Shown: positions 20,040 through 29,882 of the stretch, piece after piece | Position numbering within the stretch: the first letter of the stretch is position 1 | Layout: every line of letters begins with the position of its first letter | DNA from: an uncultured Pseudomonadota bacterium | Lineage (GTDB): Bacteria; Myxococcota_A; Polyangia; Fen-1088 | DNA length: 64,000 nucleotides | Reading direction: 5' to 3' | Assembly: GCA_963847705.1 (NCBI GenBank) | Contig: CAWKBC010000027.1 | Location: 480,001 to 544,000, forward strand | Notes under the pieces: model-generated | Seen by the model: the letters and a program-made list of their open reading frames with translations, nothing else | What the model was told of the DNA's origin: nothing | Databases searched by the model: none | Position numbers and translations under genes: made by a program

Positions 20040-21115
20040 CGGAGCGCCACGCCAATCCCGGCGACCGCCGAGAGCTCGAAGCGCGACGTGTCGAGGACTG
20101 GCACCCCCGACACGTCGTAGCGCTCCCCGAGCAAGATGCCCAGCGCGCTCACCCGCGCGAAGAGCCAGGTGGTCTCCCAGGCCCGGAGGCGCCCCTCGGC
20201 TTCGCCTCCCAGTCCGACGATGACGTCATGCGTGGTGTGCACGGGCAGGGCGCTGGTCGGCGAGACGGTGGCGAAGGCCAGCTCGGCGCTCGGGCCGAAC
20301 AGCAGCTCGGCGCGACGCCTCGTCAGCCGCAGCAGCGCCGCCGCAGAGACAGGAATGATCGACATGACCGCGTCGACCCCGCCTCCCGCCGCGTGCAGTG
20401 AGCCGAGCGCGGCCGAGCCGAGCGTCAGCTCCAGCCACGGTCGCGGCAAGACGAGGCCGTTGACCGCCACCCCCTGCAGGACCAGCCCGCCGACGGGGAA
20501 GGAGACGATCGCATAGCCGGTCGCCAGCGCCAGATGGGTCGCGGGTCGCGCCTGGCGCTCGGGAAACTCCCGTGCGATCGAATCGGGGCCGCTGACCGTC
20601 GCGGTGGCGGGCGCTGTTTCGCGCCCGTCGTCGGGTGGCGCCGTGCCATCGTCGTTCGCCGCCAGCAGCCTGCCGACGGGCGATCCGGGTTGGAGCGCCC
20701 CGCGTGCCTCCGAAAACGTGGAACGCAGGATCGCCTGAATCTTCAGCGCGAGCGCCCGGTAGAGATCCTCATCGCGCACCGGTCGCCGCACGGCCGCCAC
20801 CAGCGCCTTGTCGGTGGCGAGATCGTAGAGCTCGACCTCGACCTCCCCGCGGGACTCGCGTTCGGCGCGCACGACGGCCGCGGCCCGCACCGATTCACCG
20901 AGGTGCCGCGCGTCGTCGAGTTGCCTGCGCAGATCGCCGCCCGCGGTGGCCGGCGCGACCTGGACGCGGATTCCGAAGTCGTCGAGATAGGTGCGCAGCG
21001 CGTCGGCGAGCCGCTGCGAATCGAGCGGAGCCGCGGCCGTCACCACCACGCTGTCGGGGAGCTCCGCCTGCGGGACGGCGAGCAGCGATGCAACGGCCAT
21101 CCAGACGCCCAGCAC
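20036..21115 (-). CDS. Secreted / outer-membrane protein with beta-strand-rich C-terminus
   Basis: Hydrophobic N-terminus and alternating amphipathic strands ending AVAGIGVALR. First gene of the coupled sigma operon. Confidence 0.65.
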   Translation of the reverse strand: MLGVWMAVASLLAVPQAELPDSVVVTAAAPLDSQRLADALRTYLDDFGIRVQVAPATAGGDLRRQLDDARHLGESVRAAAVVRAERESRGEVEVELYDLATDKALVAAVRRPVRDEDLYRALALKIQAILRSTFSEARGALQPGSPVGRLLAANDDGTAPPDDGRETAPATATVSGPDSIAREFPERQARPATHLALATGYAIVSFPVGGLVLQGVAVNGLVLPRPWLELTLGSAALGSLHAAGGGVDAVMSIIPVSAAALLRLTRRRAELLFGPSAELAFATVSPTSALPVHTTHDVIVGLGGEAEGRLRAWETTWLFARVSALGILLGERYDVSGVPVLDTSRFELSAVAGIGVALR

Positions 21116-21169
21116 CGCCCCAGTTTACGCGCGATCGCTCGGCCCAGACACAAGACATGCGTCAGGGCA

Positions 21170-21184
21170 TGGCGCAAAGGATGC
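21170..21184 (+). promoter_or_regulatory. Possible sigma54 promoter
   Basis: TGGCGC-AAAGG-ATGC upstream of the 21240 gene. Confidence 0.3.
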
Positions 21185-21239
21185 GCAAAGCAGCCGATTT
21201 GATGAGCTGTGTCAGCGCGCCAGTGACACCTTGTTGGTG

Positions 21240-22652
21240 ATGCGGGTGCGGAAGATCGGTCTCCGGCGACCCCCTCCGACTGCGGGGCTGCTCGGCTGCA
21301 TGCTCGCGTTCGGGGCCTGGTCGACAACCGGGCAGGCCGCGCGTGCGGACGCGCCGCCGGGATCGGCGGAGCGGCATCCCCAGCCGGGCGCGGGCGCGAT
21401 TCCGGCACCCGCCGGCGTGCCCGCGGCGTACGTGTTCACCCACCACGGTTGGTTTCATCCGTCCTGCGTGGTGCGCGTGCAGTCGGACGAGATCGTCGGT
21501 GCCGATCTGGTGGTTCGGGGAAAGAGCGACGGCGCCACCCACTACGCCTTCGCCCCCTGCGCCTACACGTGCTTCGATGTCCACGGGCGCGCGCTCGGCA
21601 TGGGTTCGGCGGCGCCGCCGGTCCATGCGCCGCCGCCGGCGGCCACGGCGACCTACGACGGGTACATCGTCTCCTACGAGTACGACGGCGGCATCAGGCC
21701 CGGCTCGACGCTGGTGACCGAGGAGATCGTCCCGCTGCCGCCCACCACCGTCGCCAACCAGGACATCGCCTTCTTCAACGACATCCTCACCACGGCCGGC
21801 GGCCGCGACATCCTGCAGCCGGTGCTCGACTTCAACGGCGAGACGCGGGGCAAGTGGTCGATCGAGAGCGAGCACTGCTGCCTCTCCGGCAACGACATGC
21901 AGACGACGCCCGTGGTCGTCGCCCCGGGCGACTCGATTCGCGGAACCGTCACCGGCGTCGGCTGCGGCACCGACGGCGTCTGCTCCGCCTGGAGCGTGAC
22001 GACCGCGGACGTGACGACCGGAAGGTCGACGACCCTGAACACCACGGCGCCGGGCGGCGTTCCCAACGGGGTCAGCCCCGCCTCACTCGAGACCTACGGC
22101 GTCACGTCGTGCGACATGTTCCCCGCGGGCGGCGAGACGACCTTCACCGGCAACACGCTCACGGATCCCGGCGGCAACGTTCAGACGCTGAAGTACCAGC
22201 TCATCAACTTCGATGACGTCGATCCCGAGGTTCCGACCGACTGCGGATACGGCGGCAAGACGTCGGGCGACAGCTTCACGCTGATCTATGGAGAGGTTCC
22301 GGCCGGGACCGACGGCGGGACCTCCACCGGCGGCGAGGCGGGCGGAGGGGAAGCCGGAGCAACAGGCGGCCACGGCGGCGAGGCGGGACACCAGGGTGGC
22401 GCGAGCGGCCAGGCCGGTGCCGGCGGTCGTGCGGGAACCGGCGGCGCCGGCGCCGGCGCCGGCGGCGCGGCCGGCGCCAAAGAGACGGGCGGCGCGGCGG
22501 GCGCGGGTGGAGCTTCCGGCGAGACCTCGGACTCCGGCGGGTGCTCATGCAGCACCGATGGTCGCGGTGGCGTGGCCTCGGGCTTCAGTCTTCTGATGAC
22601 CTCGATGCTCGTGGTCGCGTCGGTACGGACGCGGCGGAGGCGACGAGCGTGA
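21240..22652 (+). CDS. MYXO-CTERM surface protein with beta-sandwich domain (possible glutamic-peptidase-like fold)
   Basis: Signal AARA|DA, THHGWFHPSCV pro-like region, ILQPVL and LETYG motifs, Gly-rich linker, SGGCSC + TM + RRRRA. Start uncertain. Confidence 0.7.
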   Translation: MRVRKIGLRRPPPTAGLLGCMLAFGAWSTTGQAARADAPPGSAERHPQPGAGAIPAPAGVPAAYVFTHHGWFHPSCVVRVQSDEIVGADLVVRGKSDGATHYAFAPCAYTCFDVHGRALGMGSAAPPVHAPPPAATATYDGYIVSYEYDGGIRPGSTLVTEEIVPLPPTTVANQDIAFFNDILTTAGGRDILQPVLDFNGETRGKWSIESEHCCLSGNDMQTTPVVVAPGDSIRGTVTGVGCGTDGVCSAWSVTTADVTTGRSTTLNTTAPGGVPNGVSPASLETYGVTSCDMFPAGGETTFTGNTLTDPGGNVQTLKYQLINFDDVDPEVPTDCGYGGKTSGDSFTLIYGEVPAGTDGGTSTGGEAGGGEAGATGGHGGEAGHQGGASGQAGAGGRAGTGGAGAGAGGAAGAKETGGAAGAGGASGETSDSGGCSCSTDGRGGVASGFSLLMTSMLVVASVRTRRRRRA

Positions 22653-22737
22653 AACGTCCCCGACGTGCGACGGGACAGATCCATTCTTGTTGTTACGAAC
22701 GTGAGAGACCTCCCCTGGACCCCCGGAGGGTCCCGAT

Positions 22738-24837
22738 TCAAAGACTGCGGAGGTACTCGATCAGCGCCTGCTGATCGGAGGAGGAGAGCGACGGGGGCGT
22801 CTGGCTGGCCCCGACCGTCGCTTGCAGCATGATCGGCACCACCGCGTCCAGCGTCGGCGCGCTGCCGTCATGCAGGTAGGGCGCGGCGTCGGTGAGGCCG
22901 CGGAGCGCGGGCGTGTCGAAGGCGCAGGCGCCGCGCGCGTCGCCGTCGAGGTCGGTGTGGTCGACGTCGGGGAAATCGCCGCCCTGGACACAGGTTCCCA
23001 CGTCGTGCAGGAGCACGCCGCCCGTCGTGGGGGTCGAGACGATGGGGCCGGTCAGGTCGAGGGACGGGTTGTCCATGCCGGAGTCGGTCTTGGCCGGGCC
23101 GCGGTGGCAGGTGCCGCAACCGACCTGGGCAAACACCGTCTCCCCCTGTGCGCGCAGGTTGGCCAGTGCCGTGCCCTGCAGCGTGTGGGTGGCGTCCGTC
23201 GACGGTGGCACGGGCGCCGGGAGCGCATCATTGACGTAGGCGGCGATGGCGTCGAGCAGCGTCTTCTGCGCGGGGTTGGTGATGCTGAAGTGCCCGCCCT
23301 GCTCGACGTTGATCGTCTTCCAGTAGTCCTGGACCTGGCTGCGGTCGGCGGTCCGGAACAGGAACCCGGTGTCGAGGAGGCCGCCGGCATTGCTGGGCGT
23401 GTCGCGGGGCCCCTGCTCGAACTTCCAGGTGACCGCGTCGCTGCGCCCCTCGACGTGGCAGCTGGCGCAAGCGACCCAGTGGTTCTGGGTGAGCGGCACG
23501 TCGTCGCTGTTGGCCGAGAAGAAGAGCTTCTGCCCCAGGCGCAACGTCGCCGGCATCGGGTCGGTGGCGACCGTCGCGAACGGCGCACCGTCGGGCGTGA
23601 CGGTGATTCCCGAGGCGCCCTTGCCGATCTTGAACGCGGCGACGTCCTCGCTGTTGCGCTCCTGAACGTAGATTTCACCGGCCGCCCAGACGATCCCCTC
23701 CGGCAGGTGGCCCGGCAGCGGGCGGATGATCTGCGTCTCGACGCGGGCCGCGGTGTCGACGACCAGCACGTCCTCGCTGTCGGTGTCGGCGACGAAGGCC
23801 AGCCCGCCGTCAGCCGAGAAGGCGATGGCGCGTGGCCCCGAGACGACGTCGCCGAACGCCTGCCCGTCGCCCGGGTTGGCCTGCACCGACAGCCGCGCCA
23901 GCTGGGCGCCGGTCGGATCGAGGATCGACAGCGCCGGGAAGACCGTGCTCTGGAAGTCGAGCGCCGGTTGCGGGGTGTCGATCCCCAGCATGAGGTGCGC
24001 AACCCAGAGCTCGGAGGTCCCGGGGCGGATGGCGGCGTCGTAGACGCCGCGCACGGGACCGTGCGGCTCGGTCTGGGCGCTTCCGGCCGGACCGTCGGCG
24101 AGCGGGAAGGTCGTGGTGAGCGACAGCGGCGCGGTGGCGAAGGCGCTCACCCCCGGACCGAGGAGGTGCGTCGCGTAGAGCGTGGTTCCATCGGGCGCCC
24201 AGGCCAGCGCCCAGGGCTTGCGGGGGCAGGGGACCGACGCCACCAGACTGAGATCGCTGGCGGCGAGCTCGACCACCTCGTCGTCCTGCGCGCAGGCGAC
24301 GAAGAGCCTCGTGTCGTCGGCGCTGACCAGGACGCCGATCGGCTCGGAGCAGACGGCGGTGGCCGTGGCGTGCGAGATCGTTCCAGAAGCGACATCGATG
24401 GCGTAGACCCGCCCGGACCATTGCCCGGTCACGTAGAGGGTTCGTCCGGTCGAATCGAGGGCCAGCGCGCGCGGCCCGACGGCCGGGACGTAGCGACCGA
24501 GCTGGTCCGGCGCCGGAGCGACGGGGGCCAGCAGCAGCTCGTGCACGAGCTGGCGTGAGGCGAGAGCCACCATGCTGACGCTGTCGGCGTCAGGATTGAC
24601 CACGAAGAGCAGCGTCCCCGTCGGATCGATGGCGATCGGGCCCGTGTGCGTCTGCACCGTGTGCGCCCCCGACGTGGTCCCGCCGGCGCCGGCTGCGCCG
24701 TCCATGACGCCTGCGGCATCCACCGTCCCGCCAGCTCCGCCGCGTGAGCCTACGGTTCCACCGCCGCCGCATCCGCCGCATCCGCCCAAGGCCGCCGCAA
24801 GCAGAGCCGCGCAGACGAGTGTTCTACCTGCCAGCAT
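22738..24837 (-). CDS. YncE/YVTN beta-propeller fused to di-heme cytochrome c peroxidase-like domain (lipoprotein)
   Basis: Propeller repeats, CASCH and CGTCH heme motifs, RDTPS, TPALRGLTDAAPYLHDGSAPTL. Confidence 0.85.
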   Translation of the reverse strand: MLAGRTLVCAALLAAALGGCGGCGGGGTVGSRGGAGGTVDAAGVMDGAAGAGGTTSGAHTVQTHTGPIAIDPTGTLLFVVNPDADSVSMVALASRQLVHELLLAPVAPAPDQLGRYVPAVGPRALALDSTGRTLYVTGQWSGRVYAIDVASGTISHATATAVCSEPIGVLVSADDTRLFVACAQDDEVVELAASDLSLVASVPCPRKPWALAWAPDGTTLYATHLLGPGVSAFATAPLSLTTTFPLADGPAGSAQTEPHGPVRGVYDAAIRPGTSELWVAHLMLGIDTPQPALDFQSTVFPALSILDPTGAQLARLSVQANPGDGQAFGDVVSGPRAIAFSADGGLAFVADTDSEDVLVVDTAARVETQIIRPLPGHLPEGIVWAAGEIYVQERNSEDVAAFKIGKGASGITVTPDGAPFATVATDPMPATLRLGQKLFFSANSDDVPLTQNHWVACASCHVEGRSDAVTWKFEQGPRDTPSNAGGLLDTGFLFRTADRSQVQDYWKTINVEQGGHFSITNPAQKTLLDAIAAYVNDALPAPVPPSTDATHTLQGTALANLRAQGETVFAQVGCGTCHRGPAKTDSGMDNPSLDLTGPIVSTPTTGGVLLHDVGTCVQGGDFPDVDHTDLDGDARGACAFDTPALRGLTDAAPYLHDGSAPTLDAVVPIMLQATVGASQTPPSLSSSDQQALIEYLRSL

Positions 24838-24901
24838 CGCTCAGTACTGAGGTGCGCCCATCGGTCCAGGGAGGCTCAACAATCGCAAATCCGGGGCTGG
24901 G

Positions 24902-27900
24902 CTACTGGACGCGGAAGGCGAGGATCTGGACCAGCGCGTGGTCGTCCTCGACGCGGCGGGCGAGCTGGTAGGTCAATTCGAACGGGACGCGCCACATCGC
25001 CATGGCCAGCGTCACGGCGCTGCCGCCCGCCGCGTGCCCAGGGCCGCCATGGGCATCGGTGGCGGCGCTGCCGAACAGCTCGAGATCGATCTGGCGCAGA
25101 AAGGACGACGGGAGGAGCCACAGCGTCGACGCCGTCCCGCGATCGATGATCAGCGGATAGCGGTAGTCGGCCTCCGCGATGAAGATGCGGTCGGTGGCGA
25201 TCGGGTAGTCCTCGTACCCCCGCAACGGCTCGATGAAGGTGATCCCGGGCAGCGAGGCGATCGTCACCTCGGGCGGGACCGGCAGATCGGGGCGGCGCAG
25301 CGCCGAGAGGCCGCCGCCCACCTGCAGCCAGCGCTGCTCCGGCGGCAATCCGAGGAGATCGCGCCCGACCAGTTGCAGCGTGAGCGTGTGCCGGCGCGAC
25401 AGCGGCAGCGGGGTCACGCCGGTGAGGCCGAGACGCGCGTCGGTCAGCATGGCCCTCGCCGAGTTCCAGGCGCTCGGGTAGATGCTCAGCGAGGGGTCGG
25501 CGATCAAGGCCCGCCGGATGCCGGAGTAGGGGGTGCTCTCGACTCCGGCGTACTCGGCCTGCACGAACGGACCGGCCGAGCGGCGGTGCTGCACGCTCAG
25601 CGTCGGCTCGCCAGGCTGATCGTCGTCGATGACGTGGAAGCCCGCCGCGGCCGGCGCGCCGTAAAACTGGCGGCTGATGGAGAGGTTGGCCTGCAGCAGC
25701 GTCTTTTCCAGCAGGTACGGCGCCGGGCTGAGCGCCGGCTGCGTCAGCGGTGACGAAGGCTGGGGCAAGGTGTCGTGGTAGCGCAGCGCCAGCGCGTCGA
25801 CGACGATGGAGAACGGCGCGAACAGCTCGTTCGCGTAGGCGGCGGAGCCGCCGTAACCGGGGCGATCGGCCCCCAGCTGCCAGAGCCCGTTCAGCGCCCA
25901 GCGATGGAACTGCAGACGGTCGGCGCCGCCGAGGCTCGCCACGGCGAAGGTCCCCTGTCGTCCAGCGGCAACGAGATCGAGCGCGTGCGTCTGCAGGTCG
26001 AACAGATGATCGGTCTGGTGGTAGGTCCCGTCGCTCACCACCTCGAATGGACTGTCGTCGAGCGGCAACGGCCAGACCGGCCAGACCGGCCAAACAGGCG
26101 CCGCGGGTGGAGGGAGCGCCGCCGGAGGCGACATTCCAGACATCGGAGGTGGCGTTGGTGCTGGTGCACTCGGGATCGGCGGGACGGGGGGCGCCGGCGC
26201 GGAAGGCGCGACAGCGGGCACCGGCGCCGGCGCCCGGCTCACCGCTTGCTCGTCGAGCGTCCAGCGCCAGCCGTCGCGGTTGAGGAAGCGCAGGGTGCCG
26301 CCCGCCACCTGGGGCTCGAACGCCAGGTAGGGGGCGTGGGTGAGCTGGCGCGACTGCCCGCTGCCGAGATCGGCAAGATAGACCTGGAAACCGTTCTCGC
26401 GGACGTCCGAGCGCAGGTAAACGACGTGGGTGGCGTCGGCCCAGGAGGCGTCGTGCACCGCGGCGTGTCCGTCGGTGACCTGGGCCAGCACGGCCCCCGT
26501 GTGGGCGTCGAAGATCCGGATCGAGAAGCTCGTCCCGTCGAACACCGTGGCCACGATCCGCTGCCCGTCCGGGGCGTAGCGCGGCAGCGACACGAACCCG
26601 CCCGGAGGCTGCGCCGCCAGCACGCGCAGGCTCCCGGACGGCAGATCGAGCAGGGCCAGGTTGTGGCGATCGCCGTCGGCGCGCGCGAAGGCATAGGTCT
26701 TTCCATCGGGGCTGATCGAACCGCCGCCGCCGTAGATGTCGCGGTTGACGACGGTCAGCTCGCCGGTCGCCACGTCGACCCGGACGAGCCGGCTCTTCTC
26801 GAAGGTGATCCCCTGGTCGAGCGAGGTGAAGTAGACGAACCGCCCGTCGGCGGTGAAGCTGGGCGGCCCCACGCTGTCGGCGTCGGCCGCCACCAGCGTG
26901 CGCGGCGGCGCCACGTCGATGAGGTTGCGATCGACCCGCACCCGCCCGTCGGGCCCCCGCACGACGATGCGCGGAGGCGTGTCGTGACCCTGGACGATCA
27001 GCGCCTCGCTGCCGTCGGCGGCGCGCCCGTAGCGGGCCACCGCGCCGACCTTCTCCAGCATCCGCTGCTCCGGCGGCCGCGCCACGGCCGGATGCTGGCG
27101 CGCGACCTCCTCGGCGAACTCGGCGAACAGCGTCTCCAGCGTCTTGTCGTACGCCTGCCAGAATCGGAGGTTGATCCAGAGCGGAAAGAAGATCGAACGG
27201 GCCTGCACCGCGATCGTCTGCCAGAGCGGCCACTCGCCGTAGCGCTGGGCCAGGTAGCGGACGAAGTGGCTGCCGACCAGGTAGTGGTTCCCCATGAAGG
27301 CATCGCGGTTGAACTCGGAGAGATCGCCGCCCTGAATCCGCCGGCCTGCCACCCCGGCGGCGAAGGCGCCGTGCCAGAACGGCCAGGCCAGCCGTCCGAC
27401 GCCGGGCTGCAAAGTCGTCTCGTAGTAGACGGCGAGCCCCTCGTCGAACCAGGCGTCGAAGCCGATCTGCGGCGTGTATTGATCGCCGAAGACGGTGTCG
27501 GCGGCGTAGGCGAAGCCGGCGACCTGTTGAAAGTGCACGTAGTGGGTCAGCTCGTGGCAAGCAATGATGCCGGCGTCGGAGGGAAGCCCCATCTCGAGCA
27601 TGAAGGAATCGATCGTCTGGTACGTCGGCACGACGGCGAACGGCGCGTAGCCGAGAAAGATCGGACTGGTGAAGGCGTTGTTGAACGTCAGGTCGGGCAG
27701 GATGAGCGTCATCCGCCGGGCGCTCAGGCCGTTGTGGACCAGCGCGCGTGCTTGAAGCTCGCGCGCGCACCACTCCACGTGCTGGGCGAACCGGATCGCC
27801 TCGTCGTGCCGGTCGGCCGGGTAGTAGACGTTGAGGTTCGTCGTCTCGAGCTGCCGCATCGATTTTTGCGCCAGCGCCGTCGCCACGTCCTGCGGCATGA

Positions 27901-28015
27901 GCGGCTGCACCGACGCCATACAGCCAGCGAACGCGAGGCCGCCGCACAGCGCCGCGACCGCAATCAGCGCCGCCTCCCGCAGGACCCCGCGCCGAAGTCG
28001 GGTGGCCCACGCCAT
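24902..28015 (-). CDS. Lipoprotein with gluzincin-type metallopeptidase domain, PD40 propeller and beta-barrel-like C-terminus
   Basis: Lipobox FAGC, HELTH...WFDEGLAVYYE, PSFTADG / ISPDGK / PRYAPDG repeats, PLRGY motif and amphipathic strands at the C-terminus. Confidence 0.75.
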   Translation of the reverse strand: MAWATRLRRGVLREAALIAVAALCGGLAFAGCMASVQPLMPQDVATALAQKSMRQLETTNLNVYYPADRHDEAIRFAQHVEWCARELQARALVHNGLSARRMTLILPDLTFNNAFTSPIFLGYAPFAVVPTYQTIDSFMLEMGLPSDAGIIACHELTHYVHFQQVAGFAYAADTVFGDQYTPQIGFDAWFDEGLAVYYETTLQPGVGRLAWPFWHGAFAAGVAGRRIQGGDLSEFNRDAFMGNHYLVGSHFVRYLAQRYGEWPLWQTIAVQARSIFFPLWINLRFWQAYDKTLETLFAEFAEEVARQHPAVARPPEQRMLEKVGAVARYGRAADGSEALIVQGHDTPPRIVVRGPDGRVRVDRNLIDVAPPRTLVAADADSVGPPSFTADGRFVYFTSLDQGITFEKSRLVRVDVATGELTVVNRDIYGGGGSISPDGKTYAFARADGDRHNLALLDLPSGSLRVLAAQPPGGFVSLPRYAPDGQRIVATVFDGTSFSIRIFDAHTGAVLAQVTDGHAAVHDASWADATHVVYLRSDVRENGFQVYLADLGSGQSRQLTHAPYLAFEPQVAGGTLRFLNRDGWRWTLDEQAVSRAPAPVPAVAPSAPAPPVPPIPSAPAPTPPPMSGMSPPAALPPPAAPVWPVWPVWPLPLDDSPFEVVSDGTYHQTDHLFDLQTHALDLVAAGRQGTFAVASLGGADRLQFHRWALNGLWQLGADRPGYGGSAAYANELFAPFSIVVDALALRYHDTLPQPSSPLTQPALSPAPYLLEKTLLQANLSISRQFYGAPAAAGFHVIDDDQPGEPTLSVQHRRSAGPFVQAEYAGVESTPYSGIRRALIADPSLSIYPSAWNSARAMLTDARLGLTGVTPLPLSRRHTLTLQLVGRDLLGLPPEQRWLQVGGGLSALRRPDLPVPPEVTIASLPGITFIEPLRGYEDYPIATDRIFIAEADYRYPLIIDRGTASTLWLLPSSFLRQIDLELFGSAATDAHGGPGHAAGGSAVTLAMAMWRVPFELTYQLARRVEDDHALVQILAFRVQ

Positions 28016-28150
28016 CGTTTCGCCAGCGTAAGCCGGGGGCCGTGTATGATGCAGGAAAATCGCCCTGCGCCGTCGGTGACCGATGGCACACGGTCGGTGC
28101 TCGCTGGCAACGTGGCACCCGGGAGAATGCGCGAGAATGCAGGAGAACGA

Positions 28151-29287
28151 ATGACGGATAGGACCCCCTCGAATCGTTGCGGCGTTCCCGCATTGTTCGC
28201 GCGCGGATTCTGGTTCGGAGCTTTGTTGATCATCGTCGGTTGCGCGGGGAGCGGTCTCGGTGGCTCGGCGACGGGCGGCTCGGGCGGCGCCGTGAGCGCG
28301 ACCGGCGGCAGCGGCACCGGCGGCGCAACAGGCGGCGGCAGCGGCGGCCGCGCAACCGGAGGCCAGCTCGGCAGCGGCGGCAACGCAACCGGCGGCAACG
28401 CAACCGGCGGCAACGTCGGCACCGGCGGCTCCAGCATTGGCGGCGCTGCGGGAGGCAGCGTTGGTGGGGGCAAGGGCGGAGGCGGCGGCGCCGGAAGCGG
28501 CGGCAAGGGTGGCGCTGTCGGCAGCGGCGGCAACTCTGGTGGCAATTCTGGCGCCGGAGGTCACGCCGGCAGCGGCGGCGCGAGCCAAGGCGGGAGCGGC
28601 GGCGGCAGCAGCGCGAGCCACTGCGGGGCCCGTCCCGGGATGGTCTTCTGCGACGACTTCGAGGCCGATGCGCCTGGTGCACCCCCCGCGCCCTGGACGA
28701 CCGAAGGCGCGGCCGCCGAGGTGACCGTCGACGGCACCAACCCGGCGGCGAGCGGCAGCAAGTCCGTCCACGTCCAGCCGAGCAGCAACGACTACGACAC
28801 CTTCCTGGCTTTACACGGCACAACGACGTTGCCGGTGTCGGGCGGGAAGCTCTATCTCCGCTTCTTCATCCGCCTCGCCCAGCCGATGACCGCGCAGCAC
28901 AACACGTTCGTTCGCGCCGATCTCTACGCGGCGCCGGGGAACGGGAACAACCTGCTCTTCAGTGAAGACAATCAGATGATCATGGAGTCCATCGGCGGCG
29001 ACGGGCAGAGCGCCATGTCCAACAACGCCTATTACAGCGACGGGAACATGATCGGCGCGCACTTCGACCAGGGGCAATGGGCCTGCGTCGAGCTCCTGCT
29101 CGATCACGCCACGCCCGCGATCGACGTGTGGGTCAACGGCGTGGAGGTTCCCGATCTTCACTCGACGGCCTGGAAGATCGATGCCTACGACTATCTGCGC
29201 TTCGGCTTCGAGAAGTACGCCGGGCCGGCCTCTGACCTCTGGTACGACGACATCGCCTTCGGCACGCAGCCGATCGGCTGCAACTGA
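28151..29287 (+). CDS. Lipoprotein with Gly-rich linker and Cip1-like / polysaccharide-lyase-like beta-jelly-roll domain
   Basis: AGGAG RBS, lipobox IVGC, FCDDFE, SGSKSVHV, WACVE, LWYDDIAFGTQPIGC. Confidence 0.75.
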   Translation: MTDRTPSNRCGVPALFARGFWFGALLIIVGCAGSGLGGSATGGSGGAVSATGGSGTGGATGGGSGGRATGGQLGSGGNATGGNATGGNVGTGGSSIGGAAGGSVGGGKGGGGGAGSGGKGGAVGSGGNSGGNSGAGGHAGSGGASQGGSGGGSSASHCGARPGMVFCDDFEADAPGAPPAPWTTEGAAAEVTVDGTNPAASGSKSVHVQPSSNDYDTFLALHGTTTLPVSGGKLYLRFFIRLAQPMTAQHNTFVRADLYAAPGNGNNLLFSEDNQMIMESIGGDGQSAMSNNAYYSDGNMIGAHFDQGQWACVELLLDHATPAIDVWVNGVEVPDLHSTAWKIDAYDYLRFGFEKYAGPASDLWYDDIAFGTQPIGCN

Positions 29288-29383
29288 CGACTCCTCGCCG
29301 CCCAGGAGCTGGATGCGCGACGTCCCGCGCGATGTCGTTCGGCGACCGGCGGCTTCTGACGAGGGCGCGCGGGCTTTCGTCCG

Positions 29384-29869
29384 TCAGGCGGGGAACGCTT
29401 CGCCGCGGAAGGCGAACGAGGTGCCTGGGGCGGCGAACGGTTCGGCGAAGGTCACCCGGGTCCCGTCCTTTCGGTACGGGAAGAAGACGTGGACGGCGTA
29501 GCCGTCGTGGTGATCGAGCGAGATGCGGACGGCGTCGACCTTTTCCGGCTTTTCTCCCTCGCCACCCTGGCCGCGCTTGCCGGACAGGGGAACCGTCACC
29601 TGCGCCACGATCGCCGCCGCTCTGATGTCACCGGTCAGCGCGCGCGCTCGAAATCCATCCGACAGGACGTTCACCAGATCCCTTCGGGCAGGGAAGTCTT
29701 CTCCCGCACCAGCGCCCAGGAGAACGATCTGTTCGTCCGCCTTGATGAGACCGCCGAAGGGATGAAATTCGCCGTAGCTGCCCAGCAGATGCTTGGCGAA
29801 CGGAAGCATCTCGTCCAGCAACGACTCGCTCTCCTGCTTCGGGGTCACCCGTTCCTCGTGTTTCGCCAT
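29384..29869 (-). CDS. Hypothetical protein
   Basis: Coding-like ORF (MLPFAKHLLGSYGEFHPFGG...VFFPY) directly downstream of the anti-sigma-like gene. Confidence 0.7.
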   Translation of the reverse strand: MAKHEERVTPKQESESLLDEMLPFAKHLLGSYGEFHPFGGLIKADEQIVLLGAGAGEDFPARRDLVNVLSDGFRARALTGDIRAAAIVAQVTVPLSGKRGQGGEGEKPEKVDAVRISLDHHDGYAVHVFFPYRKDGTRVTFAEPFAAPGTSFAFRGEAFPA

Positions 29870-29882
29870 CGTCATCGCCGGG

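Noticed and set aside
25775-28150. N-terminal extensions of very long ORFs (25775-29287, 34710-37724, 13551-16475, 24902-28771, 58390-60147)
   Set aside because: The extensions are antisense or off-frame shadows of neighbouring genes in high-GC DNA. True starts with RBS and/or signal peptide lie downstream.
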